Of a DNA stretch of 64,000 bases, positions 18,587 to 28,383 are shown piece by piece. The stretch covers positions 1,174,394-1,238,393 of the forward strand of contig JAXLTI010000004.1 in the NCBI GenBank assembly GCA_046330135.1, given 5' to 3'. Made by a program: the position numbers and the translations under genes. Within the stretch, counting starts at the first letter, position 1. Each line of letters begins with the position of its first letter. This stretch comes from a bacterium. Its GTDB lineage: Bacteria > ARS69. Under the pieces are notes generated by a model. The model ran no database searches and was not told where the DNA came from. It worked only from the letters and a program-made list of their open reading frames with translations.

Positions 18587-18998
18587 CGGGGGAGCGCGCA
18601 TCCTCTTCGTGTGCGTGGAGAACTCCTGCCGCTCGCAGATGGCGGAGGGGTTCGCCCGCGCGCGCGACGCGACGGGCCGCCTGGAGGTCTGGAGCGCGGG
18701 CTCGCGCCCCTCGGGAAGCGTGAACGCCCGCGCGATCCGGTTCATGGCGGAGAAGGGCGTCGATCTGTCGGCGCACGGGTCGAAGTCCCTGGAGAGCGTG
18801 CCGCAAGGCGTGACGTGGGATTGGGTCGTCACCATGGGCTGCGGCGACGCGTGTCCGCACGTGCCGGCGCGTCGACGACTGGACTGGGATCTTCCGGACC
18901 CGAAGAGCCTGGACGACGCCGGATTTCGCGCCGTGCGCGATCGCATCGAGCAGCTCGTGGGCGATCTCGCGAGCCAAGCCCTCGCGCCCGCCCGCTAG
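18579..18998 (+). CDS. arsC: LMW-PTP-type arsenate reductase
   Basis: LFVCVENSCRSQMAEG, TMGCGDACP, DW.LPDPK. Confidence 0.93.
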   Translation: MTDGGARILFVCVENSCRSQMAEGFARARDATGRLEVWSAGSRPSGSVNARAIRFMAEKGVDLSAHGSKSLESVPQGVTWDWVVTMGCGDACPHVPARRRLDWDLPDPKSLDDAGFRAVRDRIEQLVGDLASQALAPAR

Positions 18999-19015
18999 CC
19001 GTGAGGAGGGAAGCC

Positions 19016-20140
19016 GTGTCGGCGCCATCGGAAAGGCGCGAAGCAGCGCACGAAGCGGCGCCCGCCAAGCGGCTGGCCTTCTTCGAGCGCTATCTCACGG
19101 TCTGGGTGGCGGCGTGCATGGTGGCGGGCGTGCTGCTCGGGCGCCTCGTGCCGGGGCTCGTGGGCGCGCTGCGCGACCTGGAGCTCGGGCGCGGCAGCCG
19201 GATCAACCTGCCGATCGCCATCCTCATCTGGCTCATGATCTACCCGATGATGCTGAAGATCGACCTCGCGAGCGTCCTGAACGTGAGGCGCCGGCCCACC
19301 GGCATCCTCGTGACGCTCTTCGTGAACTGGCTCGTGAAGCCGTTCTCGATGGCCTTGCTCGCCTGGATCTTCTTCAAGCACGTGTTCGTCGCGTGGATCG
19401 GGCCCGGTCTCGCGGACCAATACGTGGCCGGCGCGATCATCCTCGCGGCGGCGCCGTGCACCGCCATGGTGTTCGTGTGGTCGTACCTGACCGACGGCGA
19501 TCCGGCGTACACGCTCGTCCAGGTCTCGCTGAACGACCTCATCATGCTCGTTCTCTTCGCTCCGATCGTGGGGCTTCTCGTGGCCGGAGCGAGCGGGTTG
19601 CACGTGCCGTTCCAGGTGCTGCTCACGAGCGTGCTGGCCTTCATCGTGATCCCGCTCGCGGCGGGAAGCCTGAGCCGCGCGTGGCTGCTGCGTACGAAGG
19701 GCCGCGAGTGGTTCGAAGGCTACGTGCGCGCGTTCCACCCCGTCACCACGACGGCGCTGCTCGCCACGCTCGTGCTCATCTTCGCGTTCCAGGCGGAGAA
19801 CGTCACGGGCCGCGCCTTCCACGTGGTCCTGATCGCGGTGCCCATCCTCATCCAGGTCTACTTCAACGCCGGCCTCGCGTACTGGCTCATGAGGCGGCTG
19901 AGAGTGACTCATTCCGTCGCGGCTCCGGGCGCCCTCATCGGCGCCAGCAACTTCTTCGAGCTGGCGGTGGCCGTGGCCATCGCGTTGTTCGGACCCAGCT
20001 CGGGCGCCGCCCTCGTCACGGTGGTGGGTGTCCTGGTCGAGGTGCCGGTGATGCTCTCGGTGTGCGCGGCGTGCAACCGGACGCGCCACTGGTTTCCCGC
20101 GCCGCCCAGGGCGCTGGCGACGGAAGCGAACGTGTCATGA
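19016..20140 (+). CDS. acr3: ACR3 arsenite efflux transporter
   Basis: FFERYLTVWV, LIWLMIYPMM, VNWLVKPF, AAPCTAMVFVWS, GASNFFELAVA, GVLVEVPVML. Confidence 0.96.
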   Translation: MSAPSERREAAHEAAPAKRLAFFERYLTVWVAACMVAGVLLGRLVPGLVGALRDLELGRGSRINLPIAILIWLMIYPMMLKIDLASVLNVRRRPTGILVTLFVNWLVKPFSMALLAWIFFKHVFVAWIGPGLADQYVAGAIILAAAPCTAMVFVWSYLTDGDPAYTLVQVSLNDLIMLVLFAPIVGLLVAGASGLHVPFQVLLTSVLAFIVIPLAAGSLSRAWLLRTKGREWFEGYVRAFHPVTTTALLATLVLIFAFQAENVTGRAFHVVLIAVPILIQVYFNAGLAYWLMRRLRVTHSVAAPGALIGASNFFELAVAVAIALFGPSSGAALVTVVGVLVEVPVMLSVCAACNRTRHWFPAPPRALATEANVS

Positions 20141-21195
20141 CCGAGGCTGCGCGGCTTCGAGCGCGATCCACGGCGCGAGGGCTTCGCATTCCGACCGTCG
20201 TCGCCGCCGCCGCGGCGGCCTGGCTCCTCGTCTTCGTCGCCCTCGGGTCGATCTCCGCGTGGATCGCCCGCGATCTCCTGCGCCTGTCTCCGGCCACCCG
20301 CGTCGGCCGGGCGGTCGAGTTCTTCGTCTTCGAGGCGCCGAAGGTCCTGCTGCTGCTCGTGGCCGTCGTCTTCGCCGTGGGCATCGTGCGCTCGTTCTTC
20401 AGCCCGGAGCGGACCCGCGCCATCCTCGCGGGGAGGGGGCGCTCGCTCGGCAACGTGCTGGCGGCCGCGTTGGGCACCGTCACACCCTTCTGCTCGTGCT
20501 CGGCCGTTCCCCTGTTCATCGGATTCCTCACGGCGGGCGTGCCGCTCGGCGTGACGTTTTCATTCCTCGTGGCGGCGCCCATGGTGAACGAGGTCGCGCT
20601 CGCGCTGCTCTTCGCGATGTTCGGCTGGCGGGTGGCGGCGCTCTACCTTTCCACGGGTCTCGGCGTCGCGATCGTCGCGGGGTGGGTCCTCGGGCGGCTG
20701 CACATGGAGCGCCACGTGGAACCGTGGGTGTACGGGTCCGCGCCGGCCGCCGCCTCCGCAGCTCCGCGGGGCGGGTTGCTCGCGGAGCAGCCCGTGCTCG
20801 CGGGGTGGGCGTCCGTGCGCGAGATCGTGGGGCGGGTCTGGCCCTTCGTGCTCGCCGGAATCGCGGTGGGCGCAGCGATCCACGGATACGTGCCCGAGGG
20901 ATTCCTCGCGTCGATCATGGGCAAGGCCGCGTGGTGGTCGGTGCCGCTGGCCGTGATCATCGGCGTGCCGATGTACTCGAACGCCGCCGGGATCATCCCC
21001 GTGGTGCATGCGCTCCTCGAGAAGGGCGCGGCGCTCGGGACGGTGCTGGCGTTCATGATGTCGGTGATCGCCCTGTCCCTGCCCGAGACGATCATCCTGC
21101 GCAAGGTCCTGAAGCCGAGGCTGATCGGCGTGTTCGTCGGCGTCGTCGCGGCCGGCATCGTCGGCGTCGGCTTCCTGTTCAACTGGCTGATCTGA
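20137..21195 (+). CDS. arsP: ArsP-family (DUF318) permease
   Basis: TPFCSCS.VP, FL.AAPMVNEV, GVPMYSN, LAFMM...LSLPE. Confidence 0.9.
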   Translation: MTEAARLRARSTARGLRIPTVVAAAAAAWLLVFVALGSISAWIARDLLRLSPATRVGRAVEFFVFEAPKVLLLLVAVVFAVGIVRSFFSPERTRAILAGRGRSLGNVLAAALGTVTPFCSCSAVPLFIGFLTAGVPLGVTFSFLVAAPMVNEVALALLFAMFGWRVAALYLSTGLGVAIVAGWVLGRLHMERHVEPWVYGSAPAAASAAPRGGLLAEQPVLAGWASVREIVGRVWPFVLAGIAVGAAIHGYVPEGFLASIMGKAAWWSVPLAVIIGVPMYSNAAGIIPVVHALLEKGAALGTVLAFMMSVIALSLPETIILRKVLKPRLIGVFVGVVAAGIVGVGFLFNWLI

Positions 21196-21238
21196 GCGGC
21201 CGGGAGACGCGCTGCGGCCCTCGGAAGGAGGATCGATC

Positions 21239-21469
21239 GTGAGAGTCGAGATTCTGGGAAGCGGCTGCCGCAAGTGCGAGGCGCTCTACGAGCAGACGAA
21301 GCGCGCGGCGGCGGAGCTGGGCCTCGAGTGCACCCTGGAGAAGGTCACGGACGTCGAGGCGATCGTGGGTCGCGGCGTGATGGCCACGCCCGCGCTCGTC
21401 GTCGACGGGAAGGTGAAGGTCGCCGGCCGCGTTCCCTCGACGTCGCAGATCAAGGAGATGTTGTCGTGA
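21239..21469 (+). CDS. arsE: Small thioredoxin-like protein (MTH895/ArsE family)
   Basis: ILGSGCRKC, KVTD, GVMATPALVVDG. Confidence 0.85.
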   Translation: MRVEILGSGCRKCEALYEQTKRAAAELGLECTLEKVTDVEAIVGRGVMATPALVVDGKVKVAGRVPSTSQIKEMLS

Positions 21470-21996
21470 GCGCGCGCGGAGCGGGTGCGCGTCTCGCGAC
21501 CGGCCGCGCGGCGGTGCTGGCCGGGCTCTGCCTCCTCGTGGGCGCCGCCGCCCTCGCCGGCCCCCGGTCGCCGGCGGACCCGGGGACGCCGGTGCACTCC
21601 AAGTCGCCGGCCGAACCGAAGACGACGCCGGAGACGCCGGCCGTCGCCGTTCCCTCCCATCAGGTCACCGCCTACTATTTCTTCATGAACTTCCGCTGCC
21701 CATCCTGCCGGAAGATCGAGGCGTGGTCGCACGAGGCCATCGACGCAGCGTTCGCGAAGGAGCTGAAGGAGGGGCGCCTGGTCTGGCGTCCGGTGAACGT
21801 CGAGGAGAAGGGCAACGAGCACTTCATGAAGGACTACAAGCTGTTCACGAAGTCGCTGGTCATCGTGGACGAGCGCGACGGTCGCGAGGTGCGCTGGAAG
21901 AACCTCGGGAAGGTCTGGGAGCTCCTGCGGACGAAGGACGCCTTCGTAGCCTACGTGCAGAACGAAGTGCGGGGCTACCTGACCGAGACCTCGTGA
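21466..21996 (+). CDS. arsF: Exported thioredoxin-like protein, ArsF family
   Basis: Signal/TM, YYF...RCPSC..IE, NEH...Y.L.TKSL, WKNL..VW; GTGA overlap with arsE. Confidence 0.75.
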   Translation: MSARGAGARLATGRAAVLAGLCLLVGAAALAGPRSPADPGTPVHSKSPAEPKTTPETPAVAVPSHQVTAYYFFMNFRCPSCRKIEAWSHEAIDAAFAKELKEGRLVWRPVNVEEKGNEHFMKDYKLFTKSLVIVDERDGREVRWKNLGKVWELLRTKDAFVAYVQNEVRGYLTETS

Positions 21997-22682
21997 CGCC
22001 CCTGGCCGCGATCGGCTCGGCGCTCTGGCTGGGGGTCCTGACGGCCCTCAGTCCCTGCCCGCTGATGTCCAACGTCGCGGCGATCTCGTTCCTGGGCCGC
22101 GACGTCCGCAGCCCCCGCCGAGTTCTGGCGGCCGGCGCGTGCTACTCGATCGGACGGGCATTGACCTACGTGGTCATCGCCATGCTCGTGGTCTCGAGCC
22201 TTCTCTCGGTTCCGAGTCTGTCCTTCTTCCTGCAGAACCGCATGAACGAGATCCTGGGTCCGCTCCTCGTGGTCGTCGGCATTGCGATTCTCCTCGCCCC
22301 GCGCTTCGTTTCGCCGACCTGGCGCGTGGGCGAGGGGTTGGCACGGCGCGTGGCGGGCCACGGCGCGCTGGGCGCGACCGCGCTCGGCGTTCTCTTCGCG
22401 CTCTCGTTCTGCCCCGTTTCGGCGGGCCTCTTCTTCGGCGGCCTCGTGCCGCTCGCGATCGGCGCGGGCTCGCGTGTGGTCCTGCCGGCGGCCTTCGGAC
22501 TCGGCACCGCGCTGCCGGTCGTCCTCTTCGCGCTGCTCGTGGCGCTCGCCGCGGGGAAGATCGGACGGGCCTTTCACGCGGCGAGCCGTGTCGAGCGCGT
22601 CGCCCGGCCGGCGACGGGCGTCGTATTCGCCCTCGCCGGCGCGTGGCTGACGCTGCGACACTTCTTCGGCCTCGAAATCTGA
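21993..22682 (+). CDS. arsG: ArsG-family (CcdA/DsbD-like) membrane protein
   Basis: LTALSPCPL.SN.AAIS, GR..TY, FALSFCP.SA.LFFG, FGLGTALPV. Confidence 0.82.
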   Translation: MTPLAAIGSALWLGVLTALSPCPLMSNVAAISFLGRDVRSPRRVLAAGACYSIGRALTYVVIAMLVVSSLLSVPSLSFFLQNRMNEILGPLLVVVGIAILLAPRFVSPTWRVGEGLARRVAGHGALGATALGVLFALSFCPVSAGLFFGGLVPLAIGAGSRVVLPAAFGLGTALPVVLFALLVALAAGKIGRAFHAASRVERVARPATGVVFALAGAWLTLRHFFGLEI

Positions 22683-22689
22683 GGCGCGC

Positions 22690-23205
22690 TCACTTCACCG
22701 CGCCGGGCTTCCCGCACAGCCTACGCAGGACGCCGAGCTGCCCCACGTGGTAGCCGTCGTGGAACGAGAACGCGGCGATCATGTCGCCCACGCTGTCCAC
22801 GCCGAACGGGTTCCTGTCGGCCGGCAAGGGCGCGGCGAGCCGCTCCGGCGTGAGCGACGCGAGCCCCGCGCGGAGGCGCTCTTGCGACGTGTCCAGCGCC
22901 GCCACGATGCGGTCCCAGGCCAGAGCCTTCGCGGGATCGGTGAGCGGAGGCGCGCCGCGCTTGTAGGTCTCGTTCTCGGCCGGCGTCAGCACGGGCGTCT
23001 GCCCGAGGAGTCCCAGGAGATTGTCGCGGGTGGCGACGACGTGCCCGCCGACCCAGTTGATGCAGTTCGCGGTCGGCTGCGGGATGCGCAGGCTCTCCGC
23101 ATGCGTGACGCCTTCGGTATTGCGCCGGAACACGCCGTACGTGAACTCGAAGAGGGTTCCGAGCGTCTTCGCGCTCACGGGAACGGCCGTCGTCTGCGTG
23201 GTCAT
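22690..23205 (-). CDS. DinB superfamily protein
   Basis: NCINWVGGHV and FHDGYHVGQL three-His signature; AAAGGAG RBS; ATGA overlap with marR. Confidence 0.88.
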   Translation of the reverse strand: MTTQTTAVPVSAKTLGTLFEFTYGVFRRNTEGVTHAESLRIPQPTANCINWVGGHVVATRDNLLGLLGQTPVLTPAENETYKRGAPPLTDPAKALAWDRIVAALDTSQERLRAGLASLTPERLAAPLPADRNPFGVDSVGDMIAAFSFHDGYHVGQLGVLRRLCGKPGAVK

Positions 23206-23648
23206 CTCGGCTCCTTTCGCTTGGTTCGCACTTCGACTTCCGTGGCTTTCGCGATTCCCTCGAGGACCCGCTGGAAGCCGCGCAAGTCCTCGTCGTCGAT
23301 CTCCGAACGAATCCGGCCCTCGAGATCCTCGACGTGCCGCTGCACCTGGTCGGCGAGACGCCGACCTTCCTCCGTCACGTGCACGAGCACCGAGCGCCGA
23401 TCGTGAGGATGCGGCTCGCGGCGAACGAGCCCGCGGCGCTCGAGTCGATCGAGGAGGCTCGTGAGCGTCGACTTCTTGAAGCCGAACACGCGGACGAGCT
23501 CCGAGATGGGAGCGGGCGAGTAGCTCCGGAGGAACGAGAGCAGATGTCCCTCCGGATTCTGCAGACCGAGCTCCGACACGTGACCGGCGAGGAAGATCCC
23601 GATCTGGCGCGTGGCGCGATGCAGGGGAGAGAGGAAGAGAAGGGGCAT
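23202..23648 (-). CDS. MarR-family transcriptional regulator
   Basis: STLTSLLDRLERRGLVRREPHPHDRRSVLVHVTEEG. Confidence 0.93.
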   Translation of the reverse strand: MPLLFLSPLHRATRQIGIFLAGHVSELGLQNPEGHLLSFLRSYSPAPISELVRVFGFKKSTLTSLLDRLERRGLVRREPHPHDRRSVLVHVTEEGRRLADQVQRHVEDLEGRIRSEIDDEDLRGFQRVLEGIAKATEVEVRTKRKEPR

Positions 23649-23659
23649 GGCGCCTCCAG

Positions 23660-23695
23660 ATAGTCCGAAATCGGATAGTACGATATCGGATTATA
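23660..23695 (-). promoter_or_regulatory. Tandem palindromic operator plus -10 box for the marR-dinB operon
   Basis: ATAGTCCGAAATCGG / ATAGTACGATATCGG 15-bp tandem units, each near-palindromic; TATAAT on the minus strand at 23690-23695. Confidence 0.7.
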
Positions 23696-23834
23696 TGCCG
23701 GGGCGCAAGAGGGAATTCCGTGGGCGCGGGGAGCAGCGGCAGGGCGGCGCGCCCCCCTGAGAAGGGGTCCCGGTCAGGATCCGGCAAGATCCGGCGCGAT
23801 CCAGGCCGCCCATCAGGCCGCCATCAGGCTGCGT

Positions 23835-24605
23835 TCAGGCCGCGACGATCCGGACCTCGTGGAAGCGCGGCGAGGCGTCGCGCCAGGCCTGCCGGAGCGT
23901 CTCGGCGCTCGTGCAGCGGGCGCGGGGCAGGTCCCGGCAGGGGATCGCCAGGTGAACCGACCGGCGGAAGGGGTACGGCCGGAAGGTGAGCACGTCCGGG
24001 CCGATCCACTCGGGGACGTGGCGCCGGCCGTCGGGCGAATCCGCGACGCGCTCGAGCGGCAGCCAGTCCGGCGGGTTGCCGGACTCCGGCCCGCACAGGC
24101 AGGCGAAGAGCGAGAGGTCGTCGAAGTGGCGCAGGAGCGCCGCCTCCGCGGCGAGCCGCGGGTCGCCCGCGTCGAGGCCGAAGCCCGCCGCGATCCGCTC
24201 GCGACGTTCCTCCTCGTTCTGCCGGAACTCCTCGCCCTCGGGCTCGTCCACGAAGCGCGAGAAGTGGATGCTCGCGAGGAGCGTCGCGTAGGCGTCGATC
24301 TGCTCGAGGCGATCCAGGCCGTGCGCGTAGAGCGGCCGGCGGCGGGCACCCTCGAGCGTCTGAAAGGTGACGGGCGCGCGACGCCCTTCGTCCCACACCG
24401 GCTCGACGTCCTCCTCCGCCCACACGACGTCGTGCCAGGCGATGGCGAAGGCGAGGCGCGGCGCGAGGGCGGCCCCGTCGATGTCGAGCCACTCGAGCGC
24501 CATGCGACCCGACGCGAGCGAGTGATCGAGCTGCCGCATCAGCCGAAGGGAGTCTCCCCGCTCCAAGACGACCATGCGTCTCCCTGCGCTCGTGGCGCCA
24601 TCCAC
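23835..24605 (-). CDS. DUF3891 family protein
   Basis: Q.DH..ASG.MA..W, AIAWHD..W, DAYA.LL.S.H, D.LSL..C pattern. Confidence 0.75.
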   Translation of the reverse strand: MDGATSAGRRMVVLERGDSLRLMRQLDHSLASGRMALEWLDIDGAALAPRLAFAIAWHDVVWAEEDVEPVWDEGRRAPVTFQTLEGARRRPLYAHGLDRLEQIDAYATLLASIHFSRFVDEPEGEEFRQNEEERRERIAAGFGLDAGDPRLAAEAALLRHFDDLSLFACLCGPESGNPPDWLPLERVADSPDGRRHVPEWIGPDVLTFRPYPFRRSVHLAIPCRDLPRARCTSAETLRQAWRDASPRFHEVRIVAA

Positions 24606-24739
24606 TCCGGAGAGCCGGGCGCCACCGCCATCATCCCCGGAGAATCCCCGGGGCGCCGCCTCGATTCCGGAGAATCTCGCTCAACGCCGCGGCATCCCCT
24701 AGGATGTCAGTCGGACCCACCGGTCCGGAAGGGGGTACC

Positions 24740-24943
24740 ATGACGAAGAACATGGGCGGTGTCGACCGCGGTCTGCGCGCGCTCCTCGGGGTGGTCATCC
24801 TCGGCGCCGGTCTCGGCCTCTCGAAGGGTGCTTGGTGGGGTTGGCTCGGACTCATTCCGCTCGCCACGTCGTTCGTCGGCTTCTGCCCGGCGTACGCTCC
24901 CTTCCGCTTCTCGACCTGCAAGAAGGAGAAGCCCGCGAGCTGA
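24740..24943 (+). CDS. DUF2892 (YgaP-like) small membrane protein
   Basis: KNMG.VDR.LR...G, GL.PLATS..GFCPAY.PF..STC. Confidence 0.9.
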   Translation: MTKNMGGVDRGLRALLGVVILGAGLGLSKGAWWGWLGLIPLATSFVGFCPAYAPFRFSTCKKEKPAS

Positions 24944-24995
24944 CCCGAGGCGCCCGGGCTTGCCGAGCCCGGGCGCTCTCGCAGGCGGCGGCCTC

Positions 24996-25727
24996 ATGAG
25001 CAAGATCACGGCGCCTCCGCCGCTTCGCCGCGGACGGCAGAGCGGACCCCCGCACATGGAGTGGCGCCTGGACGGCGCGGCCGACGCGGGCGACGCGTCC
25101 GCGCCGCTCGTCCTGTGCCTGCACGGCTACGGGATGGACGAGGATCTGTTCGCGGCGCTCCTCCAGAAGCTCTTCGCGCTGCCCATGCGCTTCCTCGTGC
25201 CGCGCGCGCCGCACCCGGTCCGCCTTCACGCAGGGCCCGAAGCCGCGAACGGCGGGAGCTGGTACGCGTACGACGGCATCCAGGAGCACTTCCGCAAGGA
25301 GCTCGAGCGTGTGGAAGGGGAGCTGCTCGATCTCGTACGGGACGCGGAGGCCGAGGCCGGGCTCCACCCGCGAAGCCGCTGGGTGATGGGATTCTCGCAG
25401 GGCGGCTACTGCGGCGCGTGGCTGGCGATCCGGAACCCGTCCACGTTCTCGGGGCTCATCGTCTCCGGCGCCCGCGTGAAGACGGAGCTTCTCGTCGCCG
25501 AGATGGCGGCCGCGGCGGCGCAGCGCTTCGGCGTCCTGCTCTGCCACGGAGAGAAGGATCGCTCGGTCACGCCCGAAGCCGCGCAGCGCAGCCATGACGC
25601 GCTCGCCGCGGCCGGCGTGGACGTTCAGCTCAAGACGTTCGACGTGGGGCACTCGCTGGGGCGGGGACAGGTCGCCGCGATGGCCGAGTGGCTGACTCGG
25701 GCGACGGGAGCGGACGCGGCGCGGTGA
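24996..25727 (+). CDS. Phospholipase/carboxylesterase-type alpha/beta hydrolase
   Basis: LCLHGYG, PRAP, GFSQGG, CHGEKD, GH. Confidence 0.88.
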   Translation: MSKITAPPPLRRGRQSGPPHMEWRLDGAADAGDASAPLVLCLHGYGMDEDLFAALLQKLFALPMRFLVPRAPHPVRLHAGPEAANGGSWYAYDGIQEHFRKELERVEGELLDLVRDAEAEAGLHPRSRWVMGFSQGGYCGAWLAIRNPSTFSGLIVSGARVKTELLVAEMAAAAAQRFGVLLCHGEKDRSVTPEAAQRSHDALAAAGVDVQLKTFDVGHSLGRGQVAAMAEWLTRATGADAAR

Positions 25728-26901
25728 CGTCGTCCGGTCGACGGACGAGCTCCTCGAAGAGTGCGCGCATGTTCGCCACGAAGGCGTCGCTCGAGAAGAG
25801 GCGCTCGAAGCGTCGACGTCCTGCTTCGCCGAGGCGCGCGGCCAGCTCCGGATCCCGGGCGATGCGCGCGACGCCCGCCGCCAGCGCGGGCGCGTCGCCC
25901 GCGGGCGCGAGGAAGCCCGTGACCTCCCGAGCGACGGCCTCCTTCGTGCCGCCCACGTCGGTCGCCACGACCGGCAGCCCCATCGCCATCGCCTCGCGAA
26001 CCGCCCCGGGCAGGCCCTCGGCGCGCGAGGTCTGCACGTACACGTCGAGGCGGGCGAGGAACGCCCACGGATCCTCGATCCAACCGGCCAGCTCCAGACG
26101 CTCGCCGAGGCCGTGGCGATACGCCACCTTGCGCAGCTCGTCGCGGTAGGACGCGTCCTCGGGAAGCGCGTCGCCGCCGATCACGAAGCAGGCGGCGGGA
26201 ACGTCGCGCGCGAGCTGCGCGGCCATCTCCACGAAGGTCTGCGGATCCTTGCGCGGCGAGAGGGCGCCGAGAGTCCCGACGACCAGCCGATCGCCCGGCG
26301 CGCGACGTCGCGGCGCGGGCGGCGGCGGGGCCGCGTGTCCCGTGTATACCGCGCGGAGCTTCGGCCGAGCGCGCGAGAGCTGCGCCTTCCGGAAGATCTC
26401 CGCCGCCTGGGCTTCGTACTCGGTGACGATGCGCGCCGCCGCGCCGATCGCGACGTCGTTCAGGACGCGCACCACACCCGTCGAGCGCTGGCCGAGCCAG
26501 ACGTTCCACACGAGCGGCACCCGTGCGCGCCGGCACGCGGCGGCCACCGTGAGCATCGTGCGGAGATTCGTGGCCCACACGGCCGCCGGCTGCATCTCGG
26601 CGAGAAGCGCTGCGAACGACCCGTCGTAGGCCAGGAGGCCGCCGGCCGCGCGGAGCGCGCCCAGAGCCGACGGGCGCGCGAGCTCCCCGCCGAACACGTC
26701 GAGGCTGCGGGGAAGCGAGAGGACTCGCACCGCCACGCCGTCCGCGGCCACCGCCCGCGTGAGGTCGCTCTCCCGCTGCGTCACGAGGCAGGGCTCGATC
26801 ACGCCGCCGCGCAGCCCTGCGAGGAGCGTGCGGATCATGCGCGGCCCGCCGGTCAGGCGATCGCCCTGCGTGGTGTGCACGAAGAGGACGCGCGCGCTCA
26901 T
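25630..26901 (-). CDS. GT4 glycosyltransferase
   Basis: LTGG, GALSPRK, SRAEGLP...REAMAMGLPVVATDVGG. Confidence 0.92.
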   Translation of the reverse strand: MSARVLFVHTTQGDRLTGGPRMIRTLLAGLRGGVIEPCLVTQRESDLTRAVAADGVAVRVLSLPRSLDVFGGELARPSALGALRAAGGLLAYDGSFAALLAEMQPAAVWATNLRTMLTVAAACRRARVPLVWNVWLGQRSTGVVRVLNDVAIGAAARIVTEYEAQAAEIFRKAQLSRARPKLRAVYTGHAAPPPPAPRRRAPGDRLVVGTLGALSPRKDPQTFVEMAAQLARDVPAACFVIGGDALPEDASYRDELRKVAYRHGLGERLELAGWIEDPWAFLARLDVYVQTSRAEGLPGAVREAMAMGLPVVATDVGGTKEAVAREVTGFLAPAGDAPALAAGVARIARDPELAARLGEAGRRRFERLFSSDAFVANMRALFEELVRRPDDVTAPRPLPSPESATRPSRRPVPAPASAPRRTS

Positions 26902-28370
26902 CGCGACGTCGCTTCCCGCGGACGGGTGCCGCCGTGCGGGCGCCCGGCGCGGACGAGGAGGCTTCCGAGGAAGATCGGCACGATGCGCATCGCCCAGGTG
27001 GAGCCCACCTGGAAGAAGGAGCCGCGCGTCACCATGCCCACGAACACCAGCGTGGCGCCGAGGAAGAGCGCGAGGAAGGGATGCCGCCTCTCGCGCTTCG
27101 AGTACGTCCACGCGACGCGTACGAGCGCGCCGAACAGCGCCATGCCCACCACCACGCCCGCGAACTGGAAGTTGAAGTACAGCTCGCCGATCGTCCCGGG
27201 CGGCGCGCCGCCCATCGCCCAGCCGTAGATCTTCTCCGCGAGGATCGAGTCGATGCCCTTCGGCTTTCCCGGCCACAGCCCGCGCGGGACGAAGTTCACG
27301 AAGAAGTGCAGATACGAGCTGCCGAGGAGGAAGGGCAGGCGGTCCGGCGTGTACCAGAGGACGCTCAGCAGGTTGTCCATCATGTCGAAGTTGCGCCCGC
27401 CGAGCACGCCGTCGTAGACCGCGGTGGCGCTCCCCACCGAGATCTCCTTCGCCTCGCTCGCGCGAAAGCCGTGGTGCGTGAGGTTCCGGTACTGGTCGTA
27501 GACCGAGAAGAGGAAGAGACCGGACGCCACGACGATCGCGAGCGTGCGAAGGCGCGGCGGCCGGAGCATCGCGGCGCGCACGACGAGCATCATGAACAGC
27601 ACTTCCATCGCCCAGGCACGGCTGCCGAGCAGCCCGACCGCCACCATCACGGCGAGCGCGTGGATCGCGAGCGAGAAGCGGCGCAGGCGACCGGCGCGCC
27701 CGCGCAGGTGACCCACGTACCGGAAGAGCAGACCCAGCTCCAGGAAGCGGATCCCGAAGAAGTAGAGATGCATGCCGGCCGACAGCTCGCTGCGCAGCTC
27801 CATGTTGGTGGCGAGGAAGATCAGCCCGCCCGCCGCGTGCGCGTACGCGGCGTAGGACGCGGCGCCGATCGTCGTGAAGAGGAGCGAGAGCGCGCGCACG
27901 CGACGCACGGACCAGCGCGAGCGCGGCACCGGGAGGCGCGCGCCGAGGGAGGCGGCCTGCGGCGACGCGTACCCGAGGTAGAACCCGCACACGCCGAGGA
28001 TCACCACGAGGAGCCCGCGCGCGAGGAGATCGAGCGCGGTCGGGCGGTCCACGAGGATGTGATACAGGTTCAGCTTCTCGTGCCACACGAGATGCATCGA
28101 GCGGAGGAAGTACCCGAAGAAGCAGAACGCCGTGAAGATCACGAGCGGGTGGAAGGCCGTCCAGCGTCCCTCGAGAGCGGCCACCACGTGCGGCAGGAAG
28201 AGGAGCAGCCCGAGCACGGCGAGCAGCGGGACCACGGGTCCCGCGTCGGTGCGGGTGGACAGGGCGGCCAGGAGCGCCAGCAACGCGCCCGCGCCGGCGA
28301 CACCGAGGCGGGCGGCGCGCGGGGCGCGCACGTCGCGCGGAGCGGCGAGGGGTGCGGCGGATCCGCTCAT
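26898..28370 (-). CDS. wzy: Polysaccharide repeat-unit polymerase (Wzy-like)
   Basis: About 10-11 TM helices, GSR, FVPRGLWPGKP, GELYFNF; lies between wzz and a GT. Confidence 0.8.
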   Translation of the reverse strand: MSGSAAPLAAPRDVRAPRAARLGVAGAGALLALLAALSTRTDAGPVVPLLAVLGLLLFLPHVVAALEGRWTAFHPLVIFTAFCFFGYFLRSMHLVWHEKLNLYHILVDRPTALDLLARGLLVVILGVCGFYLGYASPQAASLGARLPVPRSRWSVRRVRALSLLFTTIGAASYAAYAHAAGGLIFLATNMELRSELSAGMHLYFFGIRFLELGLLFRYVGHLRGRAGRLRRFSLAIHALAVMVAVGLLGSRAWAMEVLFMMLVVRAAMLRPPRLRTLAIVVASGLFLFSVYDQYRNLTHHGFRASEAKEISVGSATAVYDGVLGGRNFDMMDNLLSVLWYTPDRLPFLLGSSYLHFFVNFVPRGLWPGKPKGIDSILAEKIYGWAMGGAPPGTIGELYFNFQFAGVVVGMALFGALVRVAWTYSKRERRHPFLALFLGATLVFVGMVTRGSFFQVGSTWAMRIVPIFLGSLLVRAGRPHGGTRPREATSR

Positions 28371-28383
28371 CGCGGCGCCGACG

